Source: Cyanidioschyzon merolae
Taxonomy: Eukaryota
Length of the DNA stretch: 64,000 bases
Direction: 5' to 3' (one strand)
NCBI GenBank assembly: GCA_000091205.1
Contig: AP006488.2
Part shown: positions 22,399 through 34,533 of the stretch, in pieces
Layout: every line of letters begins with the position of its first letter
Position numbering within the stretch: position 1 is the first letter of the stretch
The notes under the pieces: generated by a model
What the model was told of the DNA's origin: nothing
Databases searched by the model: none
What the model saw: only the letters and a program-made list of their open reading frames with translations
Translations under genes and position numbers: made by a program

Positions 22399-23689
22399 AA
22401 GTGCTTCCCAAATGAGTTGTGCAAGCAGTGTTTCGAAAACTGGATTCTATGCTGATTACGGCGAGTTTGCTTCGCCCAAATTTAGAGTGAGGATACGAGC
22501 TATGCAATGTTCGTCGACGTTAGTCGCTAGCATGCCAACACGTCCCGGACGTATCTCACTCTTCTCAAAGCGTCGAGCGACACGCGTTCTCGGCGGTAGA
22601 ACGGTGTCCGTTGGATCGATCCCGGCGGATGCCGCCGTAGAAGTTCCGCTTTGTACTACACTGTCTCAGGTGCCTCGCGCACTCGTGATGCGAATCCCTG
22701 AACGCTGTCTGCCTTCGACAGGGTATAAGCTACCACGCATGAAGAGGTGGATGGATTTGCAATTCGTGAGTTGTGCGTTGCCATGCATCAAACGATGTAC
22801 GCAGCTATGCATTGCAAGAAGTATGCGCTTTCGTGTGTGAAAACGAAAAAGCAGCCATGTCGTGAAGCGCTCCTGGTAAACAGCTGGTAGTGGGCACTGA
22901 CTGCATATCTCTTGTATGGTGATCTCCGCAATCGACATGTGACGGAAACGGTGTGGAATCTCGCAAAGCATGCGAAACTCGGCAGTATCTGATGGGATGT
23001 CTCTTGCAAGCGGACTCGGGAATTCCTCTGGAAATGATTGACAGTCTTTATTAATGTTAGTCGCGGGTCTTTTGTGAGACACAACATTTCGTTGCACAGG
23101 CGCAGTTGCGACTCGGGCTTTACCCGAATGTTGCAAGAGCCTCACAGGTGATTACAGAGTATTCGATGTTGTTTTGCATGCATGCCATTATGGGCATGAA
23201 AAGCCATTGCTGTCGGTTTCGATGCAGTCGTCGTCAATGACGAGTGTTCATCGGACGCTTGCTCACAGAACAGAGCATCCCTTGCGAATCACACCTGAAA
23301 ACTCGGATAGGTGCACGCGCGATAGGAAACGTGGTATCACTTGTGTGCGCTGGGCTCCGTTTCAATCGATTTGGACAACGCGTATCCTCGCATGAACCTG
23401 CACCCAGAAGAATAGGGCTCTGTTCAAAGAGCTTTCTTTGAGGCCCAAGATCGGCATTCGTCTAGCCCATGAACGAGCTGCATATAGTCTCTCACCTCAG
23501 TTGAGTTCCGCCTCCAGGTGCATACCATCAAGTGCTGTCTCGCGGTACATAGCAGATGTGCTCGATGTGCAGTCGTTTCCACAAATCAAGTATCCGACGT
23601 AAAGTATGGACATGGTAGTCAAGGATCCTGGCGGGCCGTCATCTCCAGGTGTTTGAAAAAACGAAAATTCCCCTTCTCGCCAAACATCG

Positions 23690-24035
23690 AACGAAGAAGA
23701 GCAAGTGGCGAAGAAAAGGAATGAGCAGATAGACCAGAAAAAGTGTTTGCCCGACGGGCTGATGACTGTACTCTAGTGGCACAGAGGGCATGAGTTCTAG
23801 TAATTCGTACCAATGTGCTTTCAGCCAGTGTCAAGAAACGCAAGGTGTTGGTGAAGTGAAACCTCAGCGCCGCCATCAATATCAGAAAATGTGTGGTGCT
23901 GAAGACGAGACACGAAGAGCTGACGCGATCCAACTTCACGGAGCAGCCTCTAATACTCGAAATATACACGGAAAAGCTGAGGCCTATTGCGGGGAGGCGG
24001 TCAACATAAGGCTGCGAAGTGTCTGTGAGTTGGCG
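23690..24035 (+). repeat. Copy C: 3'-terminal fragment (about 350 bp) of the repeat family
   Basis: Shares the conserved block ccgccatcaatatcag...tgaagacgagac...gagctgacgcgatccaac and the terminus gtgtctgtgagttgg, then tatac. Ends about 495 bp upstream of the co-oriented kinase start. Confidence 0.7.
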
Positions 24036-24529
24036 TATACGCATATATACGCTATGGTCGCGAAAAGTTTTCCCTTCATTGTCCCGAACACCAGATATCG
24101 TGAGAACTCATGACAGGCTTTTCCGCAACAGTCCATAGAAACCAGTATTGTAGGTCGTGGTTCCGGGTGCTGTACCTAGTTACCAGCGCAGTACTGAGAC
24201 AAGGCGAATGGCCCGTATCCGATGCTCGCAATTCGCTTCCCCGTGAACACCGTTCGAGAGTTCTTGTCGGGTACACGTTTGCTCTGGTCGTCGAAGGCGC
24301 CGTCGTTGGTATACTGGCTACTGGCTAGCGGAGAAATAGAGCATTCTGGGTACAGGTTGCTTCTGAGGGTACTCGAGGCTTCGAAGCGATAGGGCAGGTG
24401 TCATGCCTGGGTGAGTCAGCTGATCGGCAACCGCGCAGCGCTTCGTGTCATCCACACGGGAACGAAGCGAAATTGCTGCGGTTTCTGCACCCTAGTCGTG
24501 CGATCGCGCTGTTCTACATTCGTGGGTGA

Positions 24530-26641
24530 ATGATAAGATCGCATACGCGACGTATGGAATCAGCTGCTTCGGTGCCTTCGGTTTTCGCTGTTCCGATAGA
24601 GGACGTTCTGGCCGCTGTTCAGGGTACACGCGTTCAGTGCATAGATCCTAGTTTCTTTTCGTGTTGGGGTCGCCAAGAACGAGCACGATCGTATCGAGTC
24701 TGGGTGACAGACGACTTTCTGGAGTTACGCAGTTGCCCGTCGTGGCCAAACCTCTTCTGTCTATTCGATCTTGTCGCTGTGCGTGCTGATACGTGTGCGC
24801 TATCTCTTGAGTTCCAGGTATCGAGTATGCGCCTGGAGCGCAGCAATAGCGGCTCGCTGAATTCCTTTGTCGATGAAACCGTGCCGGCAAGTCGAGGTCA
24901 TACGAATTCTGTTCCCATCGCAAAAGTACGACGACTTGTTCTCGTCTTTGAACAACAGCGGATCATGCATCAGTGGTTGAACGCATTAACCGCATGTGCA
25001 CCCTCGTCATGTCAGTTTATGCTGCATGCGCTACCAGTCCAGGGATCAAGGAGGTCGAGCAATGAGCGGCGTTGGCAGGGAGCACACATTCTCGGATTCC
25101 ACGACGAGCTGGGCCCCATCGATGGACTCCACTGGCGCGGGAAACCCTTGACCAATTATCCTAAACACGGCGCTGACGGGCGTTACGTGTTCTTACGTGT
25201 CCTTGGTCGCGGATCGATGGGGGAAGTCCTACTCGCGATGGACTTGTATTCCCGTCGCTTCTACGCTGTGAAACAAGCTATTCTTCGTTGTAGATTTGAT
25301 GCGCAAACGGGCTCGCTCCGTGATACGAGCGCTTGCTGTGACCACAACAACGAGCGAATGTTGATGGAAATGGAGCTCATGCGAGGTCTCCGACACCCTA
25401 ACCTCGTGGAGTTGATCGATATCCTACCCGCTGAACGTCGAGATGCCTCACAGGCACCATCGGACGCCGGCACTGAAGCGATCGTGAATGGCGACACTGG
25501 CCGCGATTCCGCGCAGCCTCTGCCGCCTTTGTTTCATGGCGCTGGTGACCGTCGCACTTGGCAAAAAACTGATGCGAGCCTGGTGTCGAGCACAGATCCC
25601 AAGTCTTGTAGTGCTTCACCCACAGAGCAAATGAACGGTCAGTCGATGGATTCGGATCTGCCTACTGCGAGTGATTCACTCGTGCTTGCTCGCGAGCGTG
25701 ATCGTTTGCGTTGGATCCGCGATTCGGGGCTGAAGCCTCTAGTATCCGATGGGTCATCGCGAGAGCTGAGTGTACCGCTCCAATTGGTCGTCGAGTTTGT
25801 ACCCGGCTTCCCGGTGCTTCAATCCAACCAACTCGTGATGAATCAGTCTTTATCGGAAGATGTTGCGCTTTTCGTACTCTGGCAGGTTGCGAACGGTCTT
25901 GCTACCTTGCATGCTCGAAACATCGTTCATCGCGACATCAAACCGGATAACCTGCTGCTCCATGTGGACGGCACCATTAAGCTGAACGATTTTGGCACAG
26001 CATGCGTCGCCGATGCACCCGATGTCCAATGTCTGGTCGGGGCACCCGCTTTTGTGGCGCCCGAAATTATTTCCAGAGTGTGCCAGATCTGCGATGAAGA
26101 GGACGACGACGTGAGTACGCACACAGCGAGATCCCTGGTTATCGATCCAATAAGAAATCCCGGAGAGCGCGGCGCTCCCCAGTGCCCTACCAGTGGAGCA
26201 ACCCCGGATTCCGAGATCAGTAAGCGGAGCGACATCTGGTCGTTAGGGGCAACGCTCTATTACCTTTTGTTTGGTCGACCACCATTTCTCGGGGACACCC
26301 TATACGAACTCTGTGAGAACATCATGCATCAGTCGGTATCTTTCGACCGAGAGCTTCACCGAAAATGGAGCAACTCGAGCGGGCGTAGTACGGATCGGGC
26401 ACGACCTGCACCCTGGTATCGCAGGCGCCTGTCGCGTACCCGTTCTAACGCGCTCAGCGAAGCGTGCACTGCGCTTCTCCAGGGCATGCTCACAAAAGAC
26501 CCGCGAATCCGACTTGATATTCACGGTGTGCTTGCTCATGCAGCACTGGATAGGTATAGACACATGACCGTTACCGAAATGGAGTACTTTACAGAACGCC
26601 TGCGCGACCAATCAACCAAATCAGGTGCGTTCCGTCGGTAA
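24530..26641 (+). CDS. Serine/threonine protein kinase (CAMK/AMPK-like catalytic domain with a large activation-segment/N-lobe insertion)
   Basis: GxGxxG: LGRGSMGEV. VAIK-like: YAVKQ. HRDIKPDNLL catalytic loop. DFG: NDFGTA. APE: VAPEII. SDIWSLGATLYYLLFGRPPF. About 130-aa low-complexity insert between subdomains IV and V. Confidence 0.8.
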   Translation: MIRSHTRRMESAASVPSVFAVPIEDVLAAVQGTRVQCIDPSFFSCWGRQERARSYRVWVTDDFLELRSCPSWPNLFCLFDLVAVRADTCALSLEFQVSSMRLERSNSGSLNSFVDETVPASRGHTNSVPIAKVRRLVLVFEQQRIMHQWLNALTACAPSSCQFMLHALPVQGSRRSSNERRWQGAHILGFHDELGPIDGLHWRGKPLTNYPKHGADGRYVFLRVLGRGSMGEVLLAMDLYSRRFYAVKQAILRCRFDAQTGSLRDTSACCDHNNERMLMEMELMRGLRHPNLVELIDILPAERRDASQAPSDAGTEAIVNGDTGRDSAQPLPPLFHGAGDRRTWQKTDASLVSSTDPKSCSASPTEQMNGQSMDSDLPTASDSLVLARERDRLRWIRDSGLKPLVSDGSSRELSVPLQLVVEFVPGFPVLQSNQLVMNQSLSEDVALFVLWQVANGLATLHARNIVHRDIKPDNLLLHVDGTIKLNDFGTACVADAPDVQCLVGAPAFVAPEIISRVCQICDEEDDDVSTHTARSLVIDPIRNPGERGAPQCPTSGATPDSEISKRSDIWSLGATLYYLLFGRPPFLGDTLYELCENIMHQSVSFDRELHRKWSNSSGRSTDRARPAPWYRRRLSRTRSNALSEACTALLQGMLTKDPRIRLDIHGVLAHAALDRYRHMTVTEMEYFTERLRDQSTKSGAFRR

Positions 26642-29600
26642 ACTGCGTTTCACGCAGCACTTGGATTTTATGGAGGTCGTCACCAGCGCGTACCCCATGA
26701 CATTGTAAACTGTACCCTAAATGTCGAGTGACCGCGAATTGCCTCCCCATGCAATCCGGAGCATAGATAACCTCTGTGCTTCGACCATTCCACTCTAAAA
26801 TTCCGAAAACTAGTTTGCACTTGATCACTGGATTCGCTGTGGTGCACATGCTGCGTTGTGTCATTCGAGTCGTCTTGTGCAACGACGGTGAGGTTTGCTC
26901 CAAACCCGTCTCAGATTGCAATGGGTTTCCGAACCGCTCGATCTGTTCATGACCAGCGCTTTTTCTCGAACTTTTTCTCAGAAGTAAGTTCCCGACATTG
27001 GAAGTGCAGCGAGAATTGCGTATGCATTCATACGTAGGTTACGGTTTTTCGGTCATCTTTTGCAGTGGCTCCTTCGATGCTGTGCCGCTGAAATCCGTTA
27101 CGTTACCGCCACCAAAATGAGTTAGGATGTCCTCAAACTAGGGTTCTTAAACTAATTGATTCCATTGTCCAGTTTATTCGTCCGAGCGTCCACATTTATC
27201 CATATCTTACGAGTGGGATGCTCAAATCGCCCATTCTTGAACTTGTCGATCTGTCTGTTTCAAAGCAACTCGCGATCACAGTCATTCGCGCCACTGGATT
27301 GACGACGATTAAAACTCGACGTGAGCCTTGATGACTTGTTTACAAGCTCGTGCTATACGTTCACTGACCGTGTCGCGCCAAAGAAACGATTCCGTTTGAA
27401 AAACGAATCCGCTCTTCTTTGTCGCCATCAACGAAACAGCATTCAACAGCAGTGAGATACCGCTCACGGCATATGCTCCAAGCGGGTCAAGTCTCCTCAG
27501 GTTTGCGTGGGAAAGGGTCGTTGACCTGTACTTGAGTCATCGCAGCGATTGCTTCCAGTGCAGCGTGCGTGACCGTTTTACACGAAAGAAGCGTAGATCG
27601 GTAGAGATGTTTTGGTTGCTCCTGTAATCTGGATTCTCAGTAAGGTACTTGTTTCGTTATGGACATCATCGCGCCCAAAAATCCTCTGTCAAATGGAACA
27701 GCATGCAAGTGCGTCGGACAAAGCTCTCGCGGATGGCATCACCCAGAGCAAACCCGTTGTCACAGGATAAGGCACCGGACATGGCAACGGAGGAAGGCAT
27801 CGAGGCGAGCCTTCTGTACATGTCAAGTCCATGAACCGAGCGATGAAGCAGGCGTTCACGCACCACAGAACTGACTTCGGAGAAAAAGATGTAGTGGCCG
27901 CACGGGAATACCCGACTATAGTGAATCGTGATCGTTGTGAAAAACGCACAGAGGCTCCATACATCTAAGAAGAAAGTTGAAAACGATGCGTAGATCGCAA
28001 CGTTTGCCCTTGAATGAAAAGCGTGAACCAGAACCTGAAAAAGCATCATCAGAACTTTGACGCTACCATCAACATCTTGCGACTGCTTACAATCAAGAGT
28101 GACAAACAGTATAGATAGCTGTTTTTAAACCCGGATATAATACGCAGCAGAATGAAGCAGTTGCAGAAACTGCCCGCCAAGGCTCGTGTTGATGCTGATG
28201 TGAAGAGACCCCAACGTTCGCATCTGCGCTCGACTAAGCTGAGTTTACCTGTTCCATACTAATCTGACATGGGTGTTAAATCTGTGCGGCAAGGCGTACA
28301 TTGACAGCTACAGACGCACTTGGCTAGTGTCCGCATGTGGGACAACGCCCGTATTTCGAGCATGCCTACGCAGGATAAAACCCCGAGGGCACCCAACGAG
28401 GTCGGGCGTGCATCCACCAGCATAGCAAGCGATACCGCTCTCGCTGCTTCGCTCTTCGGCTAGCCCAGGTTCCTGGTGTTGAGTCACGTACCGTGCGAAA
28501 GCCGCGCGCGAGCAGTTCACTTTTTTTCACGTATACGCAGTCATATCGAGTGATGGAAAATCATTTTTTCTATAATTGCCCAGGAAATACGTTCTTGGTT
28601 TATGCATTCGGCGCTCGAGCCGCACCATTCCAGAGCCTTGCTCCAGGTGAGAACGCATGCCTCAGTGTTGGCGAGGAAAATCGAAAGCGCTCATCCAACG
28701 CTCGCTGTGAATTTATTCGAAAGCCTCGTGCTCGCTCGCCGAGACCAGGCCAAACAGAATAGCTTATAAACACAGAATCGTCTAGGGGATATCATGCACT
28801 TTGAAGCGATATATGACAACCACATTGAAGAGGCGCTTGAGGAAGCATTGGGGCTCGCATTCGCGAAGGAAATCTGCTTCGCGCTCGAGCGCTGTATTCA
28901 AGACCGCATGTTATCCCAAGATGCAATGAAGTCAGTTATCGTGTTTCGCAAATTCTTCGGATACCACATCCATCCGTCCGAGGCCGAGATGCACACGACA
29001 AACATCGACCATCTGAAACGGTTCTCGGGAACTTTGCAGCGTCTCTTCCGAACCTGCTGCCACCGCGATCTCCTCAGTCACTATTTCGTCGTTTGTCTCC
29101 ATCGACGCCCATGTATCGCTTCCGCCAGTCCCCCAGGTCTGGGGTTACCAGGGTTCGGGTCCAACGCCAAAAGGGTGCGCCTCATGTAGCGCTCAAAATT
29201 AACCTACGTACGCTAGGGCTTATTGAGGTTGGTTTGATCCTATCGGGAGCTGTGCTCTGGATCTTCCGATCGCTGAAGTAACAGGGGGCGCATCAAGAGA
29301 CTCCATGAAGGCCGTGTTCAAGTCTCTGAACCTGCGATCAGGCCGCGCTCCATCTTGTGTCCCGAGCGTGCCTTCAATTGTCAAACGAAGGTTCGATCGA
29401 AACCCTTCCAGAGGATTATGGACAACTAGCAGCGCTGCGTCCGGAGCTCCTACAAGCAGTTGCTTGGCAAGGTACGTCAACCGGAGAGCAGCTGGGCGTG
29501 GCTTGCTTGAGAAAGAAGCTATGCAATCTGGGACGGCGTGTTGCATCTCACGTTGTTTGGAATATTCTTCCTATTGACATGTTTTCGTAGGGATGCTTCA

Positions 29601-30926
29601 GCAATAGCCTCAGACTGATTCTTCTGCTCCGACAGGTTTTGTCTCCTGTTACGCAAGGTCCTTTCATTCAAGAAGAACTTGCTCTTCATTGTATGGTGGA
29701 CTCTATGCCTTCTCCTGTGCTTCTCCGGGTGAGATGGCTGCGGTCGCTGCACCCATCTCCCACTGTACCATCGGAATTCAGATGGTCTGGGTGTAGAGCG
29801 TGCCCGGAATTCTTCCTTTTCTAAGTTCGTGCTATCGACTATCCCTCGAATATGTTTTCATTACCGTTACCCTGCCGAGCACATCAGCGGACTGAATCGC
29901 ACGTTTTCGCTCCCTCCCGCGAACGAGAAGAGCAGCAACAGAGCAGTTGTCAGCTAATGAGCATCGAGAACGACTTTTCTTGAGAAGAATTATCAAAGAA
30001 TGGCATCACGAATGCGAAGGATCCGTCCCTTAGTCCCTGAGCGTGAAAATGGTGTTTGACAAATACGACAGCGCCGTCGACTCGATTGAGACAGCAGGAA
30101 AATCTTGGAAACGAGCTGCTCTCCGCCAGTCTCAGGTGTGTACTCCTTGACCGCTTTTGAATGACAGGAAGCAACGCAGTCGATGAGAATGACACAAGAG
30201 CTTAGGAAGGAGAGGCCATGAAACGCGTCGTCGAAGGATGAGATGTTGGACGATTCTGTCCGTTTGCCGAGTCATTTGCGACGAAACACTTGAATCGCCG
30301 CCAGCTCTAATGTTGTCGGAATGCTCGCTTGCGTCTTCTTTAAAAAACGGCGGTTTGTCTCTCTTTGGCCACTCATGCGCAGGTCTATCTTTTCTCCCGA
30401 ATGCAGTCTCATCGAGTGAGAAGAACACTCGTCCCAGCTGAAAGAAGCGTTCGTGTTTCAGTACTATATCGATAGCGTGTGCTCTTCAAGGCGCGAATTT
30501 ATCGCATACAAGCGCACGTCTTCCACTGTCAATCCGCGTCTCTCCATCACCGCTGTATAAATGGTATGGAAACACTACATCCTGTGGCTTCTCTGACGGT
30601 ACCTCTCAGAGAGCGTAACGAACGGAGAGGATTCATCACGAGACTGCCGTGGACGTAGCGTTTGGTGCGTTACGTGTCGAGTGCACGACGTTCAGAATAT
30701 GGACAAGAAAAAGAATCCACCATCCACGTGCTTACCTTTGCAAGATTGACTTGCATAATTGAGGTCGTTTTTCGCAAGCCAGCGGTGGCAGCATCAAGTC
30801 ATTCTGCGACTTTTCTCTAATCTACAGGATGCATTGCTTTTCTTGGGACCCTGCGAGAAAGACAAACCAAAACGAAAAGCGCGTGCTGTACACGTGTTCC
30901 AGAATTCACTGGTCTGAGTATAACGA

Positions 30927-31766
30927 CTACAAATCTTTCTTGGTATAGGATGGAGGTACCAGTGTGCGGCTATCTTTGGATGCTGCTAGGCGCGGGCGTG
31001 GCGTCATGGCCAGCCGGGGCTCCACATCATGCTGTGGGCGATCCCAGGCCTGCTCCGAGGCGTCGGATGATTCTGGTGCTGTTTCGGAGTGCTCCTCGCT
31101 CATAACCTCGGGGATGGCGTAATTATGCGGTGGCCCAACAAAGGGATCCTCCTGAGGCGGTGCACGAGTAGAGCGAGACGCTGAACGATACTCACCGACC
31201 CAGGACTGCACCGTGTCCTTGACGCCGTGCCACCAGTGGCTTATCGTTTCTTGGGCTTGATCAAGCACCTCTCGCACATCTGTGCTCAGCGATCGGTCCG
31301 TTTCTTGGGGTCCACGATGCTGCTCGCCAGGCGTAGGCGGCGAGGAGGTTCCGCGCGACCCCAATCCGTCTCGGTTGCGCTCTCGAACGCTAAGTGCGAC
31401 TGCCCACTCGCGATCGAACTCTGCTTGTAGGTGGCGAGCTAAAAGGGCGTCCTCGTCAACAACGTTGTCGTCTGTGCCTGCTACAGGTTCCGCGTCGTTA
31501 TCCACGCTCCCGGACGTGCACTGTACTAGGTCACAGTCCCGCAACACTTCTTCGACATTCTGCGGTTCAGAGTTACCTTCTTCCGGTTCGGAAAGGTTGA
31601 CAGCGCTTAGATGCCCCGTGTCATGCGCTTCCTCCAGGAGATAAGCCGCAGCCCGCTCCACGTTGTTTCGATGAGCTTCAAGCACTAGCTCCAGCTCCTT
31701 TCTACTGCGTTGCGGAAAGAGCGCCGCTAGCGCCTCGAGCGCGTCTGTCATGCCGCTGACGTCCAC
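30927..31766 (-). CDS. CUE-domain (ubiquitin-binding) protein
   Basis: N-terminal ALEALAALFPQRSRKELELVLEAHRNNVERAAAYLLE fits the CUE consensus (L..MFP...I...L..T..NVE.A...LL). Remainder acidic and low-complexity. Confidence 0.5.
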   Translation of the reverse strand: MDVSGMTDALEALAALFPQRSRKELELVLEAHRNNVERAAAYLLEEAHDTGHLSAVNLSEPEEGNSEPQNVEEVLRDCDLVQCTSGSVDNDAEPVAGTDDNVVDEDALLARHLQAEFDREWAVALSVRERNRDGLGSRGTSSPPTPGEQHRGPQETDRSLSTDVREVLDQAQETISHWWHGVKDTVQSWVGEYRSASRSTRAPPQEDPFVGPPHNYAIPEVMSEEHSETAPESSDASEQAWDRPQHDVEPRLAMTPRPRLAASKDSRTLVPPSYTKKDL

Positions 31767-33059
31767 CAGCCGCCTTGTTCACTAGACACGCACTCACGAG
31801 TGAGAAAATACACCCGGTTACGTTCGCAACTGCTTCTCGGCGAATGCCCTGTTCACAAGACACGCAATCACGCGTACGATGCTCAGAGTCGTGGCGTTCC
31901 TAATTTCTATTCAACGAATGCCGTGTCGATCGCCTCACGAGCATTCAATGCATCTCGATTGTTTGCAGAAGCGTGGGGGCGTCTCCGATAGCGAGTTCTG
32001 CTAGACGAAGGCTTTTGGATCTGGAGGATGATTGGAGTTCGGTAACGAACGTGGTATGACATGAATTTGAGGCGCCTTTCGAGCACATATGGGTCTTTTC
32101 GATGACCGCTCTCCCCGAGCAGTATGATCTAGTTTTGCAGTCTTGGGTAAGCCATGGGCATCGCGTATGCGTTGCTTATCAGAAGAAGCGGTGTATATGC
32201 TGTTGGATTGAGAGGTATACGTGATTGCCGAGATCGAGCTCGCTCTCGAGAGGGTACGCTACGAGCGGTCCGGTAACGCTCCTTCTAGCGATTGGCCCGG
32301 GGAGGTCCTTGCGCAAGTCGCATCGCTCATCCTGTATATATGTAGCTGTTCACGATGATACCCCGTCACGTCGAACGTGTGCATCCACCTGTCCGCCGTT
32401 CACAAGGAATAGAGCGTAACAAGCAGCAGCACGTGCGCTATAGTTGAGGGAGTTGTTGTTTGTGTCCTACTCACTCTTCTTCTTCTGCTACTGCTGCTGA
32501 TGCTAAAGGACTATATTGGTATTGGATGCGACGGAACAAGCGGTAGGAATGGACGGGAAATCGATAGCTTCATGGAAGAACTTTCATGGATGAAAAGTGG
32601 ACATTAAATGATCGCGCGTTTCCGCCTTCTCGGCACAGTGATATTTTCACCTTAAAAAGAGATATCCAATAGCAGATACCGTAACACTGGAACAGGAGCG
32701 GCATCTCGACCAGATGCGCACGAGATCACGGGCGCATGCCTTCACCACAAGGGCTCATGCTTCAGTTTCTAACACGTTCCTCTGACTTTTTCCACGGTAT
32801 AAGATCCATGATCCCAACCAGATTTCCTCTGGTGGCGCTCAAGCTACAGAGGAAAATGATAGAGGCCTCTGTGATTCGATCATATGGCTGCTCCAAGAAA
32901 TGACGCACCTGTTCACGAGCGAAGACTCTGTCGACGGAAACGCAAACTGTACATGGAGTCCACGCATGTCTAGAGGTTTCCATTGATGGTGTAAAGAATC
33001 CTGGATCCAAACAAGGAATGTCTGGGGTGGCTATGTGTAGTAACCTCAAGCGCTCGAAC

Positions 33060-34455
33060 ACCTACAGGTTCCTATACTCTTTCAACTCAAGTACGTATCA
33101 TCCTTGAAGTGTCGTATACCACGAGATCAAAATCTCAACGCAATATACCGCACAGATCCAGGACGCATTGCCTCTAGTATATGTTCTTTACTGAACGGTG
33201 CAACGAGGACTGCACTTCTCTTTCTGGTCAGTCGTACCGCAGTACTCAGACCGTGGAAGAACGCTGGAAGAAAGAAGTATATGCGCTCCCCGCAAAAAAA
33301 CTGTCATTGTCAAAGCGTGAACGCGGCCAATTGTGGAAAACAACCTGTTGATTACATTACGGAAAGCAAAAGCGACGATGGTAGCCACCACGGAGTCCCT
33401 GTTTCTCAAGAGCTTGTTCCCGTGATCCTAAAAAAACTGGGGTGCAGTCGCCTAGAAGAGCCCTCATTCATGCACGGCTACATTGCATCGAAATCGCAAC
33501 GACAGCGTTCCTCGAACGCCGCGAACGGTATGAAGAACAGGTACGTTGGTTGGTTTTTTCAGTTGATGGGACTTTCTTCGGATGAAACGGCAAGAGCATA
33601 TGCGGGTATGCGCGGAGCAGGGAGCTCGTTATATTTACGATCAATCTCGAAGAGAGCGACGACGACGTCGACATCTGCTCTAGCTGCACTGAATTCATTT
33701 GGCGACCTCAGTTTCGCTCCTAGAGAAAGCTCATACAACAGCACCAATCACTTTGTCGAATCATTGAAGACTTTTCCTTCGCGTCTGGCCACGGCCTTCT
33801 CTTCAACAACGTGGTATTCAACCATTCTTCTTGCGTACAACCGTTTGATGAAGCTATCGGAGAAGAATTGAATTTCGTTCATCTGTGCTCTCCGTGGTTC
33901 GACAGTTTCTTAGGAGTGTTTTCTATCGTGGAAGGTAATGCTCTTCCACTGGAAGAATCGCAGAAGCGTTCAGCTCACAGTGACACACCCGGGCACATTT
34001 CGTCTTTCGGCCGCAAGTCCTTCTTCTTCAGGGAAGCTCCGCAACTAAAGACACCAATAGGTGCGTTCATTTGAAGAAATAAAAAGTCCAAGGGATGAGC
34101 TTGCGAGGGAGGGGGGCGGGAACACACCAGAAGGTCGAGAAGGAGAAAAGACAGCCGAGCGCCTCTGCGATAGAAAAGCATGGACTGCTGGCAGAGCCGC
34201 AAATGGGACGGATGGCACGAGTTCGAGGACTATTTGCATTGATGAACTCAGCTAGCGGCAAGAAATGCATGGAGTTTCTGAACCGAGTCTTCAGCGCCGC
34301 CATCATGATCAGGAGATGTGCGTTGCTGGAGATGATACGCGCAGCTGACGCGAAGCAACTCTATCGGGCAATGTCCCAGGTTCGAGGTACGCTGGAATAG
34401 ACTGAAACCGCTAGCAGGGGCTGGCAATTTTTACTGGAAAGCGTCTGTGAGCAGA
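33060..34455 (+). repeat. Copy D of the ~1.4-kb repeat family (diverged, roughly 75-80% to B)
   Basis: 5' landmark tactctttcaactcaag at about 33066. Internal blocks ctttactgaacggtgca, gatggtagccaccacgg, tctagctgcactgaattcatttggcgacctcagtttcgctcctagagaaagctcatacaacagcaccaatcactttgtcgaatcattgaagac. 3' terminus gcgtctgtgagcag at 34441-34454, about 80 bp upstream of the MOSC ATG. ORF 33104..33871 lies entirely inside it. Confidence 0.8.
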
Positions 34456-34533
34456 TAGTCATTTAACCTATCGTCGCGAAACTTTTCCGCTCTACTGACT
34501 TGACTTCGTGGCACACACGCGCAGCGTACTAGG

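Noticed and set aside
28794-29189. 131-aa ORF with an acidic helical N-terminus
   Set aside because: It has a plausible composition but no recognisable family and no supporting signal, so it is left unannotated.
33104-33871. 255-aa ORF (and similar 60-150-aa ORFs at 12553-13681, 17927-19013, 51123-52029, 57670-59146)
   Set aside because: They lie entirely within copies of the repeat family. Homologous copies differ by frameshifts, so no reading frame is conserved. They are treated as spurious ORFs in noncoding repeat DNA.
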